This document shows, piece by piece, positions 9,801-18,034 of a stretch of DNA of 64,000 nt; position 1 is the stretch's first letter, and each line of letters opens with the position of its first letter. The notes below the pieces were generated by a model. It made no database searches, was not told the origin of the DNA, and was given only the letters and a program-made list of their open reading frames with translations. The stretch is from an uncultured Spartobacteria bacterium (lineage in GTDB: Bacteria > Verrucomicrobiota > Verrucomicrobiia > Chthoniobacterales > Chthoniobacteraceae), in NCBI GenBank assembly GCA_903919125.1, contig CAIXGS010000012.1:27706-91705 (forward strand), read 5' to 3'. The translations under genes were made by a program, and so were the position numbers.

Positions 9801-10403
9801 GAAGAAACGCTGGCGCCTGAGAGCCAGTCGCTTGTGTCGCTCATAGAGTTGATCAAAACGCAGCCCCAAAATGGCAGCCACCACCTTTAAGACAATGCGT
9901 TCTCGATCATACTCCGCCATGGATGCCCCGAGGATTTCATGCGAAAGACTAGGGGGATAAGTGTGTGCGGGCACCGCCAAGGCGGGATCAGTTTCACAAA
10001 TCACGGGCACAATGCAGTCCTCACGCCCAAGTTCGTAAAAATGCTTAATTTCGCGTGCAACCCATTCCGAGGCGGCGGACTTTCGGGAGCAAAGCACGAT
10101 AAGAAAACGGCTGTCATCAAGTTCGCGCCGCAAATGCCTAGTGAGACTCCCGGCGCTCAGGTCGGTCTTGTCTCTAAAAACGGGGCGAAGAGATCGCGGC
10201 AGGTGCCCCCCGGCTTCCTTCTGAATCGAAACGGGGAGCCGGTACGCCTCTAAAGCATGCTGTAGCCATTTGGCCGTGGATTCGTCGGCGTGGGAATAGC
10301 TAATAAAAGCGTGGTAAGTGAAGCGTTGCGAACTCATGGAGGTTCTTTTTTCGCGCTTAAAGACAAAGAAACATTTTTGAACAAAGCCAGCGTTGAGACC
10401 CAA
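6801..10403 (-). CDS. giant TIR-domain membrane protein: N-terminal TIR, one TM helix, about 20 tandem 32-aa YD-like repeats, C-terminal PDZ-like domain; likely true start ATG at 10337 (listed start is TTG)
   Basis: TIR signature FISYSHADESTAKW...FLIVLCSRKSAASEWVAREIKHF; TM FFGSLIVTLAMALMTGGWWAW; repeats of GYAEFRQEYDERGNVTRxxYxGVDGKPTLHKD; C-terminal VVAGILGESQAAQFGLLEGDRISGYAGVEI...VELQVMRG PDZ-like. Confidence 0.85.
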   Translation of the reverse strand: MGLNAGFVQKCFFVFKREKRTSMSSQRFTYHAFISYSHADESTAKWLQHALEAYRLPVSIQKEAGGHLPRSLRPVFRDKTDLSAGSLTRHLRRELDDSRFLIVLCSRKSAASEWVAREIKHFYELGREDCIVPVICETDPALAVPAHTYPPSLSHEILGASMAEYDRERIVLKVVAAILGLRFDQLYERHKRLALRRQRFFGSLIVTLAMALMTGGWWAWDYYWREKSFYFQDFTLRWGMPEGVFHISAQEAARRSGSYQMIYRKNRLRLVAYVNGTGKPVYNGESDYLGFTALKCTYAGEKETRLERLDLLDEKALLPNGKINQKARVLSTQRLSGERLEIVDFVSAKEGVESALPSFTNSGFGKQKDYTARTEIVRHLRAYGASGLIDHVMYCKNSYNQTTRDANGVGGIAYTYDGNGLRISENFIEFKKRTLVKIAGKNGVASVHRVRNANGVMTAVRYLDLRSEPIRNPDGFAELRLEYNARGNITRTRYLGVDNKPTLHKDGNAEFRQEYDERGNIIRACYIGADGKPTFLKNGFAELRQEFDERGNVTRTCFLDIDGKPTLHKYGYTDVRQEYDKRGNLTREWYIGVDGKPTLHKDGYAELRQEFDERGNVTRQCYFDVEGNPTSHKDAHSELCTEYDERGNVTRRFYLGVDGKPSLHKDGFAEIRQEFDERGNVTHWWYLGVDSNPALHENSYVELRQEYDEYGNVTRQCYLGIDGKPTLHRNGYAEIRKEYDERGNATRRWYLGVGGKPTLHKDGYAEFRLKYDERGNVTLTSYFGVDGKPTLIKNGYAEVRQEFDERDNAVYWCYRGVDGKPTLHKDGFAEFRQEYDQRGNVTREWYIGVDGKPTLHKNGFSEFRLKYDERGNVTLTSYFGVDGKPTLLKDGYAEFRREYDQRGNATRRCYIGVDGKPTLHEDGYAEFRLKYDERGNVTLTSYFGVDGRPTLHKDGYADIRHEYDRRGNVTRRWYLGVGGKPSLHKDGYAEIRQEYDERGNVICLSYIGVDGKPTLLKDGYAELRQEYDERGNVIRQGYLGVDGKPTLLKDGYAEIRQEFDDHGNVTLTSYFGVDGNLTLHKDGYAELRKEYDGRGNVSIEWHLGVDGELLKPTALVVAGILGESQAAQFGLLEGDRISGYAGVEITTQEQFADLEKTTTAPEVELQVMRGTSLLKFALKPGPLGVTLIEKFTLPHDISGL
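7073..8984 (-). repeat. in-frame 96-bp (32-codon) tandem repeat array, about 20 units, high nucleotide identity between units
   Basis: Periodic ORFs with the same 32-aa periodicity appear in all other frames on both strands across this interval (frame shadows of a DNA-level tandem array). Confidence 0.8.
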
Positions 10404-10478
10404 ACTCGGACTTAACCCCGGCCAGTACTAATCTCGGGCGTGTCTGAGCGTCGCCGATCTCGTTCTAGAGTTTGGGCA

Positions 10479-12602
10479 TCAATCGGCTTCCGTCGTCGAA
10501 AATTCAATTAACAGCGGATCGATTCGGAAGGGATTAGAAAGGGGGAACATAAAGTAAGTGCCACCGGCGCGCACCGGCATCCCAGTGACGATGTGTTCGA
10601 TGATGCCGTCGGAGGTCGTTGCCCTGATCACTCGGCGGTTCCACGAATCAATGGTGATGGTTTCCACTCGGATGATTTTTGGGTAAATGGGTTGTGATGT
10701 GGCCCAGTCCGTATCCCAGAACCGTAGAAGTTCGAGCGTTTGATCCAAAAATTCCGCCGCTTTTCCGCTGAGATCATTTTGGCTATTATCGCTGAGTCGG
10801 TCATGAGCGAATATATTCCTTAGATTTGTGATGCTGTCGAACCCCCGCGGGGCAAGACGTTTTGCCGTGAGTGGTGCGTCAAGGTATCCCCGCTTTTCCG
10901 GTGGCGCATTGTCGAGATCCTTGGCCAACCTTTCCAAAAGACCGAGAAGTTGCCCCAGAGAGAGAGAGCTAAGCTTCCGGCTTTTGACTTCAGGAAGCTG
11001 CAGGAAGTGCTTTTCCGGGCCGCATTTATAGACTTGCAAGCAAATGAATCGGAGAAGGTTTCGGATGCTTGACTCGAGATGACTGCTAGCCTCGATTACC
11101 AGTCCTGCGCGCTCGTTGTATCCGGAAATCGGAAGTTTTGAGCGAATCGCTGTTACATGCTTGTGTGCAAAGGAAATGCCCTCCAATGGTTCTGGGAGAG
11201 GAAACCCAAGCTCAGAAAGGATTAAGACCGCAAGCTCGTCGGTGCTTACCGTTATTTTGGGAGTAAGCTTGTACTTGTCTCGGAGGATTCGACGCAATTG
11301 AGTCGCTCCGAGGCGCCTCAGAATTTCCATTGGATCAAGACGCGCGCAGTATTCTTTGAGGCGGAACAGCCGTTCGCCTTTGTACTGAAGTTCGTCCAGG
11401 AGAAGTTCCAGCTCTTGAGCCTCGGCCTCGGGTAGGGCGCTTAGTAATGCCACGAGGTTGTCCACATGCTGCATTTCGTGCCTGTGCGTATGGTTGGCGG
11501 GTTCGTGAAGCGATCCTCCGATTTTAGGGGAGGCGGGACGACTTGCCGATGAACTGGCTATGGAGGGCCGAGGATTGTGCTCTTCATCTGCGGCTAGGGG
11601 GGCGTTGAGTCCTTGTGTGCGCGCTAATTCAGTCTGGGGATCGGGTTCCCCTATCTGTTTAATCACGAGAGGGATTTTACTGACTCCTCCTTGGACGGCC
11701 TTCGCAAAGTATTTTTGTGCTATGGTCAGGAGCGCCACCACTCCCTGATTAAGGGTCTCAATCAACTCCCCATCGACGGAAATTAGACCGTGGACGACTT
11801 GGTTTCGTGCAAAGATTGCCTGCTCTACGGAAGTATCCAGACCGAGTGGGATCTTTGTTCCTCTTTTAGTGCTCGCTTCGCTGAATTCATGCCAGATGGT
11901 TTTTAATCCCTTTTTCTCTGGAAATTCGATGTTAAACACCCTGGCGCACCCATGCATAATGTCCTCAATGCGCGTGGTGATTGTCCGTATGCGAGTTTGC
12001 TCGTCACAAGCGAAGTCTCCGGGGGAGGTAGCGCTAAAAACATCTATGTGTTTGAAGTTCTCCTCCAGTGTTGGACAGCCTTCCAACGTGGCTACCGTAA
12101 TTTGGATGCCGCTGAAACCCACGTGTGTTGCAAGCCGCGACACCGCCGTCACTATGGCGCTCATGGACATTTTGGCGGTTCCAGTCCCGACCAAGGGCAT
12201 CAATACACGAGGGGGCGCATCTGGGTGTTTTTGCCTGAGAGACAGGATGGCGTCCCCGAGATTGCTGATAAAAGTGTGGGCGTCTGCGATCGAAACACTA
12301 ATTCGGGTGTCGAGATCCAAGGTGATTGCATGAAGCACTGCTATGGCAGGAAGTGCGCCAGCCGCAGTTTCAACGGTGCTTCCCACTTGAATGGGAGTTT
12401 TTAGGGACTCACGGATCGATTGGTTGAGAGCAGCAACTCCTGCGGATTGCCAAATGTCTCTAGCGGAGCCCCCAGCATGGGACAGATAGTTGTCATCGGA
12501 GGAAATTACGGCAAGCCACGGCCCGTCGCTTTTCGCGATGGCGCCAATCTCTCCAACAAGCACCTTATGGCGTAGGGGGTACATTATATCGTTTTTGTCC
12601 AC
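10479..12602 (-). CDS. Macro-domain protein with C-terminal RNxxxH (HEPN-like) motif; listed start is GTG, alternative ATG at 12584
   Basis: N-terminal AVISSDDNYLSHAGGSARDIWQSAG ... GSTVETAAGALPAIAVLH matches the Macro/ADP-ribose-binding fold (compare [25 protein letters not shown]); C-terminal NLRNIFAHDRL gives an RNxxxH motif; no TM segments. Confidence 0.8.
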   Translation of the reverse strand: MDKNDIMYPLRHKVLVGEIGAIAKSDGPWLAVISSDDNYLSHAGGSARDIWQSAGVAALNQSIRESLKTPIQVGSTVETAAGALPAIAVLHAITLDLDTRISVSIADAHTFISNLGDAILSLRQKHPDAPPRVLMPLVGTGTAKMSMSAIVTAVSRLATHVGFSGIQITVATLEGCPTLEENFKHIDVFSATSPGDFACDEQTRIRTITTRIEDIMHGCARVFNIEFPEKKGLKTIWHEFSEASTKRGTKIPLGLDTSVEQAIFARNQVVHGLISVDGELIETLNQGVVALLTIAQKYFAKAVQGGVSKIPLVIKQIGEPDPQTELARTQGLNAPLAADEEHNPRPSIASSSASRPASPKIGGSLHEPANHTHRHEMQHVDNLVALLSALPEAEAQELELLLDELQYKGERLFRLKEYCARLDPMEILRRLGATQLRRILRDKYKLTPKITVSTDELAVLILSELGFPLPEPLEGISFAHKHVTAIRSKLPISGYNERAGLVIEASSHLESSIRNLLRFICLQVYKCGPEKHFLQLPEVKSRKLSSLSLGQLLGLLERLAKDLDNAPPEKRGYLDAPLTAKRLAPRGFDSITNLRNIFAHDRLSDNSQNDLSGKAAEFLDQTLELLRFWDTDWATSQPIYPKIIRVETITIDSWNRRVIRATTSDGIIEHIVTGMPVRAGGTYFMFPLSNPFRIDPLLIEFSTTEAD

Positions 12603-12705
12603 GTCCTGAGTCCTTTTAGGTCGAGTTATTTCGGAGATCGAATCTGCACAGTTGTGGATGACGCAGGGCTTTATTGCTGAAACTCTGTCCTAGGTGCGCC
12701 TCCAG

Positions 12706-12906
12706 CTAATGCTCATCTCGGAAAACTCTGCGAAAAGACCTCAGGACGGCACCTTTTCGCGTAGGCATCCCGATCAAATTCTTTGGGATTTGGTAACTCT
12801 CCAGCTTCCGATGAAACCGTGAGGCATCCTGCTTGTCCGCTTGGCTGTAGCTTGTGCATATCCAGTAGTTTCGGGATGAACGATTGTCTGTTTCCTGATG
12901 ACTCAT
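12706..12906 (-). pseudogene. truncated TIR-domain gene fragment (N-terminal about 55 aa of a TIR, then stop)
   Basis: Translation ICTSYSQADKQDASRFHRKLESYQIPKNL...RSFRRVFRDEH aligns with the N-terminus of the full TIR protein (FISYSHADESTAKWLQHALEAYRLPVS...RSLRPVFRDKT); homology does not continue in any frame after the stop. Confidence 0.5.
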
Positions 12907-13381
12907 GGGTGCTGATTATTGGCAAAAACGCTTTTCTTCTCTCGATCTTCGAGCTCTGAAAGGCAGGGATTTAAAAGTTTTTAAAGCGTCATAATTTCGC
13001 TTTTTGAGAACAAGTACCATTTTGCTTCACTCTTGCAGGGTAACGTTACAATGGGGTCGACTTTTGCCCAATCTCCTCAGGGCCGTCGAGCGAAATTAGA
13101 CCATTATGCGCCGGTTTAGCAGGCCGTTCACCAGTGCGGTATGCTCGGCTATGGCGGATAGCCAACGGGAAGCCGCAAGGGTGAAGTGACTTCCCCCGTC
13201 GTGCGCAGTTTACTTCAGAAAATTGCGGGTATTCGCGGAAATCCAAGGGACGCGCATTCATTTTGGGATAGGCGGGAGGTACCTCCCTTAGCCGAGGATT
13301 CTTTTTAGAAAAAGTCAGGCATCTCCGGAAAACGAAGAAAACACGCCTTTCATACCCGTAGAAGCAAAACACCCCAGAAGC

Positions 13382-13609
13382 ATGAACACACCAACCCAAG
13401 CACCAATCCCCAGGGAAATTGAGCAGTTTTTAGCCGATACAGTTTCCCAAGCGCAGCGTGCAGTAGACCAAGCCGTCGAGGGCTTCGAAGCCGAACAACA
13501 GCCCCGTCCATTCCAATTTGATTCGGTGGAGGAATGGCACGCGATTGATGCCGTCTTGGAGCGTTGGTTGCAGCCCAACGAGCGGCGCCGGCACTCCGAT
13601 GCCGCTTGA
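13382..13609 (+). CDS. small helical hypothetical protein (75 aa), paralog of the ORF at 25676..26026
   Basis: Shares a FLA..QA...EW..DA.L..WL pattern with the small ORF at about 25.8 kb. Confidence 0.45.
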   Translation: MNTPTQAPIPREIEQFLADTVSQAQRAVDQAVEGFEAEQQPRPFQFDSVEEWHAIDAVLERWLQPNERRRHSDAA

Positions 13610-13815
13610 TGTGCAACACTCAAGCTAATGCAAACTAAAACAAAAAATTTAAACCACATACCCATCCATCCCATGCCAAACCCAAGCGATTCCAGCTCCA
13701 GGCTGCCCCTTGGCCAAAACTCGTAACCTAAAAGATTGCCGTAAGGATTAGTACGAGCTGGAGGAACCCATTTACAACGCCCCCTCCGTTCTCGGATCGG
13801 GCGACTTGTAGCGCG

Positions 13816-15816
13816 TCAGTAGGGAAACGCTTTTTGGGGGTCAACGGTGAGGTCGCCTTGCGTACGGCGGGTCCATTCCTCCCAAAATAAAGGGGCAAAC
13901 GTGTCCGCAGGAATTTTAGATAGAACCTCGAGTTGCAGCTCGTGCGGGAAAAGCGGCGACCGGCCTGCCTGGGTGAAGAGTTCGTTGGCCTGCAGCAGGA
14001 TGCTGAGATAAATCACTTGGATCAAGGGGCCTTCGGCTTTGTTGAGAAGTTCTTCCGCCTTTTTGAAATCCGCCTCTGCTTCAGCAAACTTTCCAGAAGC
14101 GGCGAACAAAGTGCCTCGGTATTTCAGCGAGGTTGCAGTGAGCCAGTTATCGGATGTATTGCGGGGGGAGACTACTTCAAGAGAGGCGAAATTATCTTCG
14201 ACCCTCCCTTGCTGCTTCCATAACCGATAAGCAGCAAGCAATCGATGCCGGCTCAAAAAAGCTAGGCTGACCGGGTCTGCCGCAGCCAGCGCCTCTAGAT
14301 CGCTTCTGACTTGTTTTTCGACCTCCGCGATCTGATCCGGTTCAAAAAGTGCCGTCCACAATGCAGTGCGAACGGTCGACTTGGAGTAATGGTATCGATG
14401 CGAATCAACGGCTCCGCAATTCTGAATCAGTTGCAAAGCGATTTGGGCTGCTTCTTCCAAACAGGCTTTCGACTCCTGCTCGCACCCCGAACCCCTGAGC
14501 GCTTTGAAAAGAAGCACTTCACCACCCAGCGCCCCGATGGCTCCCAGCTTGTGCAAAAGGTAATCCTCTTCTGAACCAAAGGTCGCCGCTTCGATTTCGG
14601 CCACCAATTTTCTCCCCACCTGCTCCGCGTCCTCGAGCATCATGCGGTCCGAAAGGGAGACGACAAACTGATTGATCGCTTGAAAGCGGTCCAATGCGCT
14701 GTGCCTCCAGTTGGTGCCCAAAATTTGGCGGAAGTACGCATCCGCACGTGCGGCATGGCCGGAGTGATTGTCAATCGCAGCGAGAATGACAAGGGTCTTG
14801 AGGTAGGCGGGACGCTGCTTCTTGCCATTGGCATCGAGCCACTGCTGCCATTTTTCCGCACGACCCCTCGCCGTCTCGTAATCCACAGTCTTCCGTTCGA
14901 CTTGCGCTTCCAGGGAGGCGGCTTGCGCCAAGATTGAAGCCTCGCTCAGATGCACACCATGGTGTTCCAACGCCTCTTCCACGATCCCTCGCGCTTCGTT
15001 GAGCGAGGTTCCCCCAGAAAAAAATACGCCTCCCGAAACGCTTGGCGATGATCCGACTGTGAGCCAAAGCTGGACTCCGAGTTTTTCGGCGAGCTTTTGT
15101 TTAGCCCGCAGCCCTTCAACAGGTTTCAGACGTCCTTCGGCAATCGCGCCCGAGGCCAGCCAACTGAGCGCATCCACACCACGGTTCATCCAGTAAAAGG
15201 CGAGCCACACAGGCAGGGCAAAACTTCCTCCAACGAGCACATTCCCCGCGACAGGTTGGACACACGACAAAGTGATCCGCCACCCTTTGTTGCTGAGCGC
15301 TGCTGCGAGCCCCTCCCCGCAATCCTCCCACGATGGAACCCTCTGACAGGCTTCGTCCAAAATTACTATCCCATCTCGAGAACCGCTTTCCGATTTCAAC
15401 ATGAAAGGAACTGGAAATGCTTCCCCAGCGGCGTCCACCACAGGGATCAAACCGTGCGCCTGTTCAAAAGCTGATTTTCTTGCGTTAAACTTCTGCAGCG
15501 TGAGTTTGTCTGAATCGGCGAGAAGCGAGCACAGAGTCAGCACCGTGTGAAAGCTGTCGCGCTTGAAATCCGGTGCGAGGTGTTTCACGGCAATGGACAC
15601 GACCGGCCCTGCGTTCGACAAAGCATCGATAACGGATTTCGGCGTGTTCTTGCCATACAACCACAGTCGACAGAGCAATTCGCCCTCGACGGCAGCCTGC
15701 GCCTCAGGCGAAAGAGCATGGCCGCTCTGTAGCAGACTGACGAGGGCGTCGTCTGAAAAGAATCCGACATCTAAAAGGGAATCCCTCAATCGTTTAAATA
15801 AATCTCGAGGCGTCAT
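13816..15816 (-). CDS. large protein with Lon-protease-like (S16-like) domain and TPR-like helical C-terminus (paralog P1)
   Basis: VGGSFALPVWLAF...SWLASGAIAEGRLKPVEGLRAKQKLAEKLGVQLW resembles the Lon S16 core (DGPSAG...AMTGEITLRG.VLPIGGLKEK...G.K) with Ser and Lys retained; paralogous to 19022..21232. Confidence 0.7.
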   Translation of the reverse strand: MTPRDLFKRLRDSLLDVGFFSDDALVSLLQSGHALSPEAQAAVEGELLCRLWLYGKNTPKSVIDALSNAGPVVSIAVKHLAPDFKRDSFHTVLTLCSLLADSDKLTLQKFNARKSAFEQAHGLIPVVDAAGEAFPVPFMLKSESGSRDGIVILDEACQRVPSWEDCGEGLAAALSNKGWRITLSCVQPVAGNVLVGGSFALPVWLAFYWMNRGVDALSWLASGAIAEGRLKPVEGLRAKQKLAEKLGVQLWLTVGSSPSVSGGVFFSGGTSLNEARGIVEEALEHHGVHLSEASILAQAASLEAQVERKTVDYETARGRAEKWQQWLDANGKKQRPAYLKTLVILAAIDNHSGHAARADAYFRQILGTNWRHSALDRFQAINQFVVSLSDRMMLEDAEQVGRKLVAEIEAATFGSEEDYLLHKLGAIGALGGEVLLFKALRGSGCEQESKACLEEAAQIALQLIQNCGAVDSHRYHYSKSTVRTALWTALFEPDQIAEVEKQVRSDLEALAAADPVSLAFLSRHRLLAAYRLWKQQGRVEDNFASLEVVSPRNTSDNWLTATSLKYRGTLFAASGKFAEAEADFKKAEELLNKAEGPLIQVIYLSILLQANELFTQAGRSPLFPHELQLEVLSKIPADTFAPLFWEEWTRRTQGDLTVDPQKAFPY

Positions 15817-15827
15817 ACTGGGAGTCT

Positions 15828-16784
15828 TTATCGCGTCTCGGTCGTGACATTCAGCGCAGTTCCGTTGAGGACGAGTGAAAACGCGCCTCTGAAGTTTTGC
15901 GCTGGGACGGAACAGGAATGGCCTTTGAACACGCCTAAAAGGGAGCCATCGCCGTCTCGGATTTCACATCCGTCGAGAGCTGTGGACTCGTGCCCAGTTG
16001 CATCGAACACGTTGAACGTCGCGCTGGAACCCGCCTTCGCCCGCGCGTCGACATCAACCGACACGCCTAGTGATTCCACGATAAACGCCTGGTGGAAGCT
16101 GGGTGCCCCCTCGTCAGCGTACAAGCGCACCATCGCTGCGGCCCATTCATCGCCAAAATCGACTTTTATTACGTTTGGTTCGATACGGACCTCTGTTTCC
16201 CTGTCACCCACTGGCGCAATCCATCCCTCAAGCGGGCGTTGCAGATACGCAATTTCATTCGCTAGATTTTTGTGGAATGCGATTCGCGTGTCTAAATAGT
16301 CCAGCGGAGGAATTCCGCGCACGACCTCTTCCGGACATTCATCTCCCTTGCCTCCGAGCCAAGCGGAAAAGTCGCTCAGAATCTGTATTTCCTTCTCGGG
16401 CAGCAGAGTCACAAAACTGCTTAAAGCATCTGCCGGGACCGATAGCTCCAAGCCAACAGCGACGACGGGAGTGAATCCAAGCAGTTCGCGCAGGAGAATC
16501 GCGTCGGACGCGTCGGCCATCGTCGGATCGCTGAAAAGCGGAGCAACGGCAAAAAGTGTGCCTTCGGACAGTTCCATTCGGCGGAGTACCACAACCCAGT
16601 GGGACGCCTGTTCCTCTTCGGAAAGCGCGGAATCTGGGGTCGTTGTCCAAATTTCACCGGGGCTGGCGAAATTCGGTTCTCGGTCTTCTTGAAAGGATTG
16701 CAGCGTCGACTTTGATTCAAGAATAGGGCGCGTCTCGGCTAGTAGCCTCTCGATCGCCATTTCTTCAGAATTCGGAATATTCAT
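15828..16784 (-). CDS. hypothetical protein (318 aa), co-operonic with P1
   Basis: 12-bp spacing to the downstream P1 gene; no recognisable domain. Confidence 0.55.
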   Translation of the reverse strand: MNIPNSEEMAIERLLAETRPILESKSTLQSFQEDREPNFASPGEIWTTTPDSALSEEEQASHWVVVLRRMELSEGTLFAVAPLFSDPTMADASDAILLRELLGFTPVVAVGLELSVPADALSSFVTLLPEKEIQILSDFSAWLGGKGDECPEEVVRGIPPLDYLDTRIAFHKNLANEIAYLQRPLEGWIAPVGDRETEVRIEPNVIKVDFGDEWAAAMVRLYADEGAPSFHQAFIVESLGVSVDVDARAKAGSSATFNVFDATGHESTALDGCEIRDGDGSLLGVFKGHSCSVPAQNFRGAFSLVLNGTALNVTTETR

Positions 16785-16815
16785 AGGTCTGTAGTTTTAG
16801 GAAGAGCCCGAATTG

Positions 16816-18015
16816 CTAAATTTCCGAAATTTTGTGCTCAAGAGCGGTGTTCGACGGAGTTTGCTCTGAGTTATCGCCGCCGATGGAAGCTGAGGAGGTC
16901 AACGCTCCCCCGCAGTGATGGCGACAATGTTTCTCTGCTGCGTCCACAGCTTGTCGTCGGAGTGTTTCCTTCCAAAAGTTGAAGGCGATCCGCTCCTCCA
17001 GTGTCATGTGTAGTTTGTAGGACTCAAACTCCTCGCGCTTCAGGATATAATCATCCTCCTCAACATACTTGTAATCAACAAAGTCCGGAAGATAGGTGAC
17101 TAAAATTTTTGCGATTTTTTTTGTTTTCTCTCCAATCCTCCGAGCGTCGCCTAGTCCGGCGAGGATTACCGCGTCACCCAGTACGCGTTTCGGGTAAAAG
17201 TAATTGACATAAACGTCGCACAGTTTTTCCGCGCACAGCCGTTCTCCAATTAACTCACCTCTCTCGTAAATCTGTCCTTCCAGAATTTTTGTGACGTAGT
17301 CGGAAGGTCTTTCATCCTCAGAATTACCCACATCAAAGTCGACCTCGTCTTCGGAATCGCTTCCTTTTGAAATTCTGACAACCTTTAAGAGCGATGTTTT
17401 TATACACATCGCTTCGTGGATCAGCTTCATCTGAAGCGGGCAGTCCACATTGCCCAATAATTCCATCACGAACGCCTTCGCCTGAGTCGGCGCCACCAAT
17501 TTGCGTCCCTCATGAGCAGGCGGCGGGATATGCTCCATTTTCGCAAGCGCTTTCACAAAGCGGAGGTCGTTGCTCCTCTCACATGGCCGCTGATTCGCGG
17601 CAGACGCTGGGGACCACCACAATTCGTCGGCATGCTTTGGCCTCCCCACATTGCCCATGAAGACCTGTTTGCTTTTCTGCAGGTCCAGAAGCGCTTCTCG
17701 GCAGATATCCCATACTTCAGCCGATGCTGGATCGCTTAATTTCTTGAGTAACCGGCCCATCTGCATCCTAACCCCGGCCCTGTTGTTTAGCAGCACGTTG
17801 CGTGTACGCTGAATGTCCGCGAGGAAATCGTGGGCGAGATCCTCGCGCGTCAGTTTGGCGGCGCCTCCTTCCTTGCCACGCAGCACATGATCGGCGACGT
17901 CTTTTAACTCCCGGTAAAATTCGAGAAACGAAGCGTAGGAGGCATCCGACGGCGTGATGTCACTGTAATGACCGGCCACATAATCGTGAAAGAACTTGTT
18001 CCAGTTTAGAGCCAT
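16816..18015 (-). CDS. hypothetical protein (399 aa), first gene of the P1 operon
   Basis: 32-bp spacing to the next gene on the same strand; acidic central stretch; no recognisable domain. Confidence 0.55.
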   Translation of the reverse strand: MALNWNKFFHDYVAGHYSDITPSDASYASFLEFYRELKDVADHVLRGKEGGAAKLTREDLAHDFLADIQRTRNVLLNNRAGVRMQMGRLLKKLSDPASAEVWDICREALLDLQKSKQVFMGNVGRPKHADELWWSPASAANQRPCERSNDLRFVKALAKMEHIPPPAHEGRKLVAPTQAKAFVMELLGNVDCPLQMKLIHEAMCIKTSLLKVVRISKGSDSEDEVDFDVGNSEDERPSDYVTKILEGQIYERGELIGERLCAEKLCDVYVNYFYPKRVLGDAVILAGLGDARRIGEKTKKIAKILVTYLPDFVDYKYVEEDDYILKREEFESYKLHMTLEERIAFNFWKETLRRQAVDAAEKHCRHHCGGALTSSASIGGDNSEQTPSNTALEHKISEI

Positions 18016-18034
18016 AAAAGTCGCGGTAAAAAGC

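Noticed and set aside
13040-13330. Possible structured housekeeping ncRNA (SRP RNA, RNase P, tmRNA, 6S) in the long intergenic region
   Set aside because: None of the conserved signature sequences of those RNAs could be found by eye; only generic hairpins. Kept as a low-interest finding rather than a feature.
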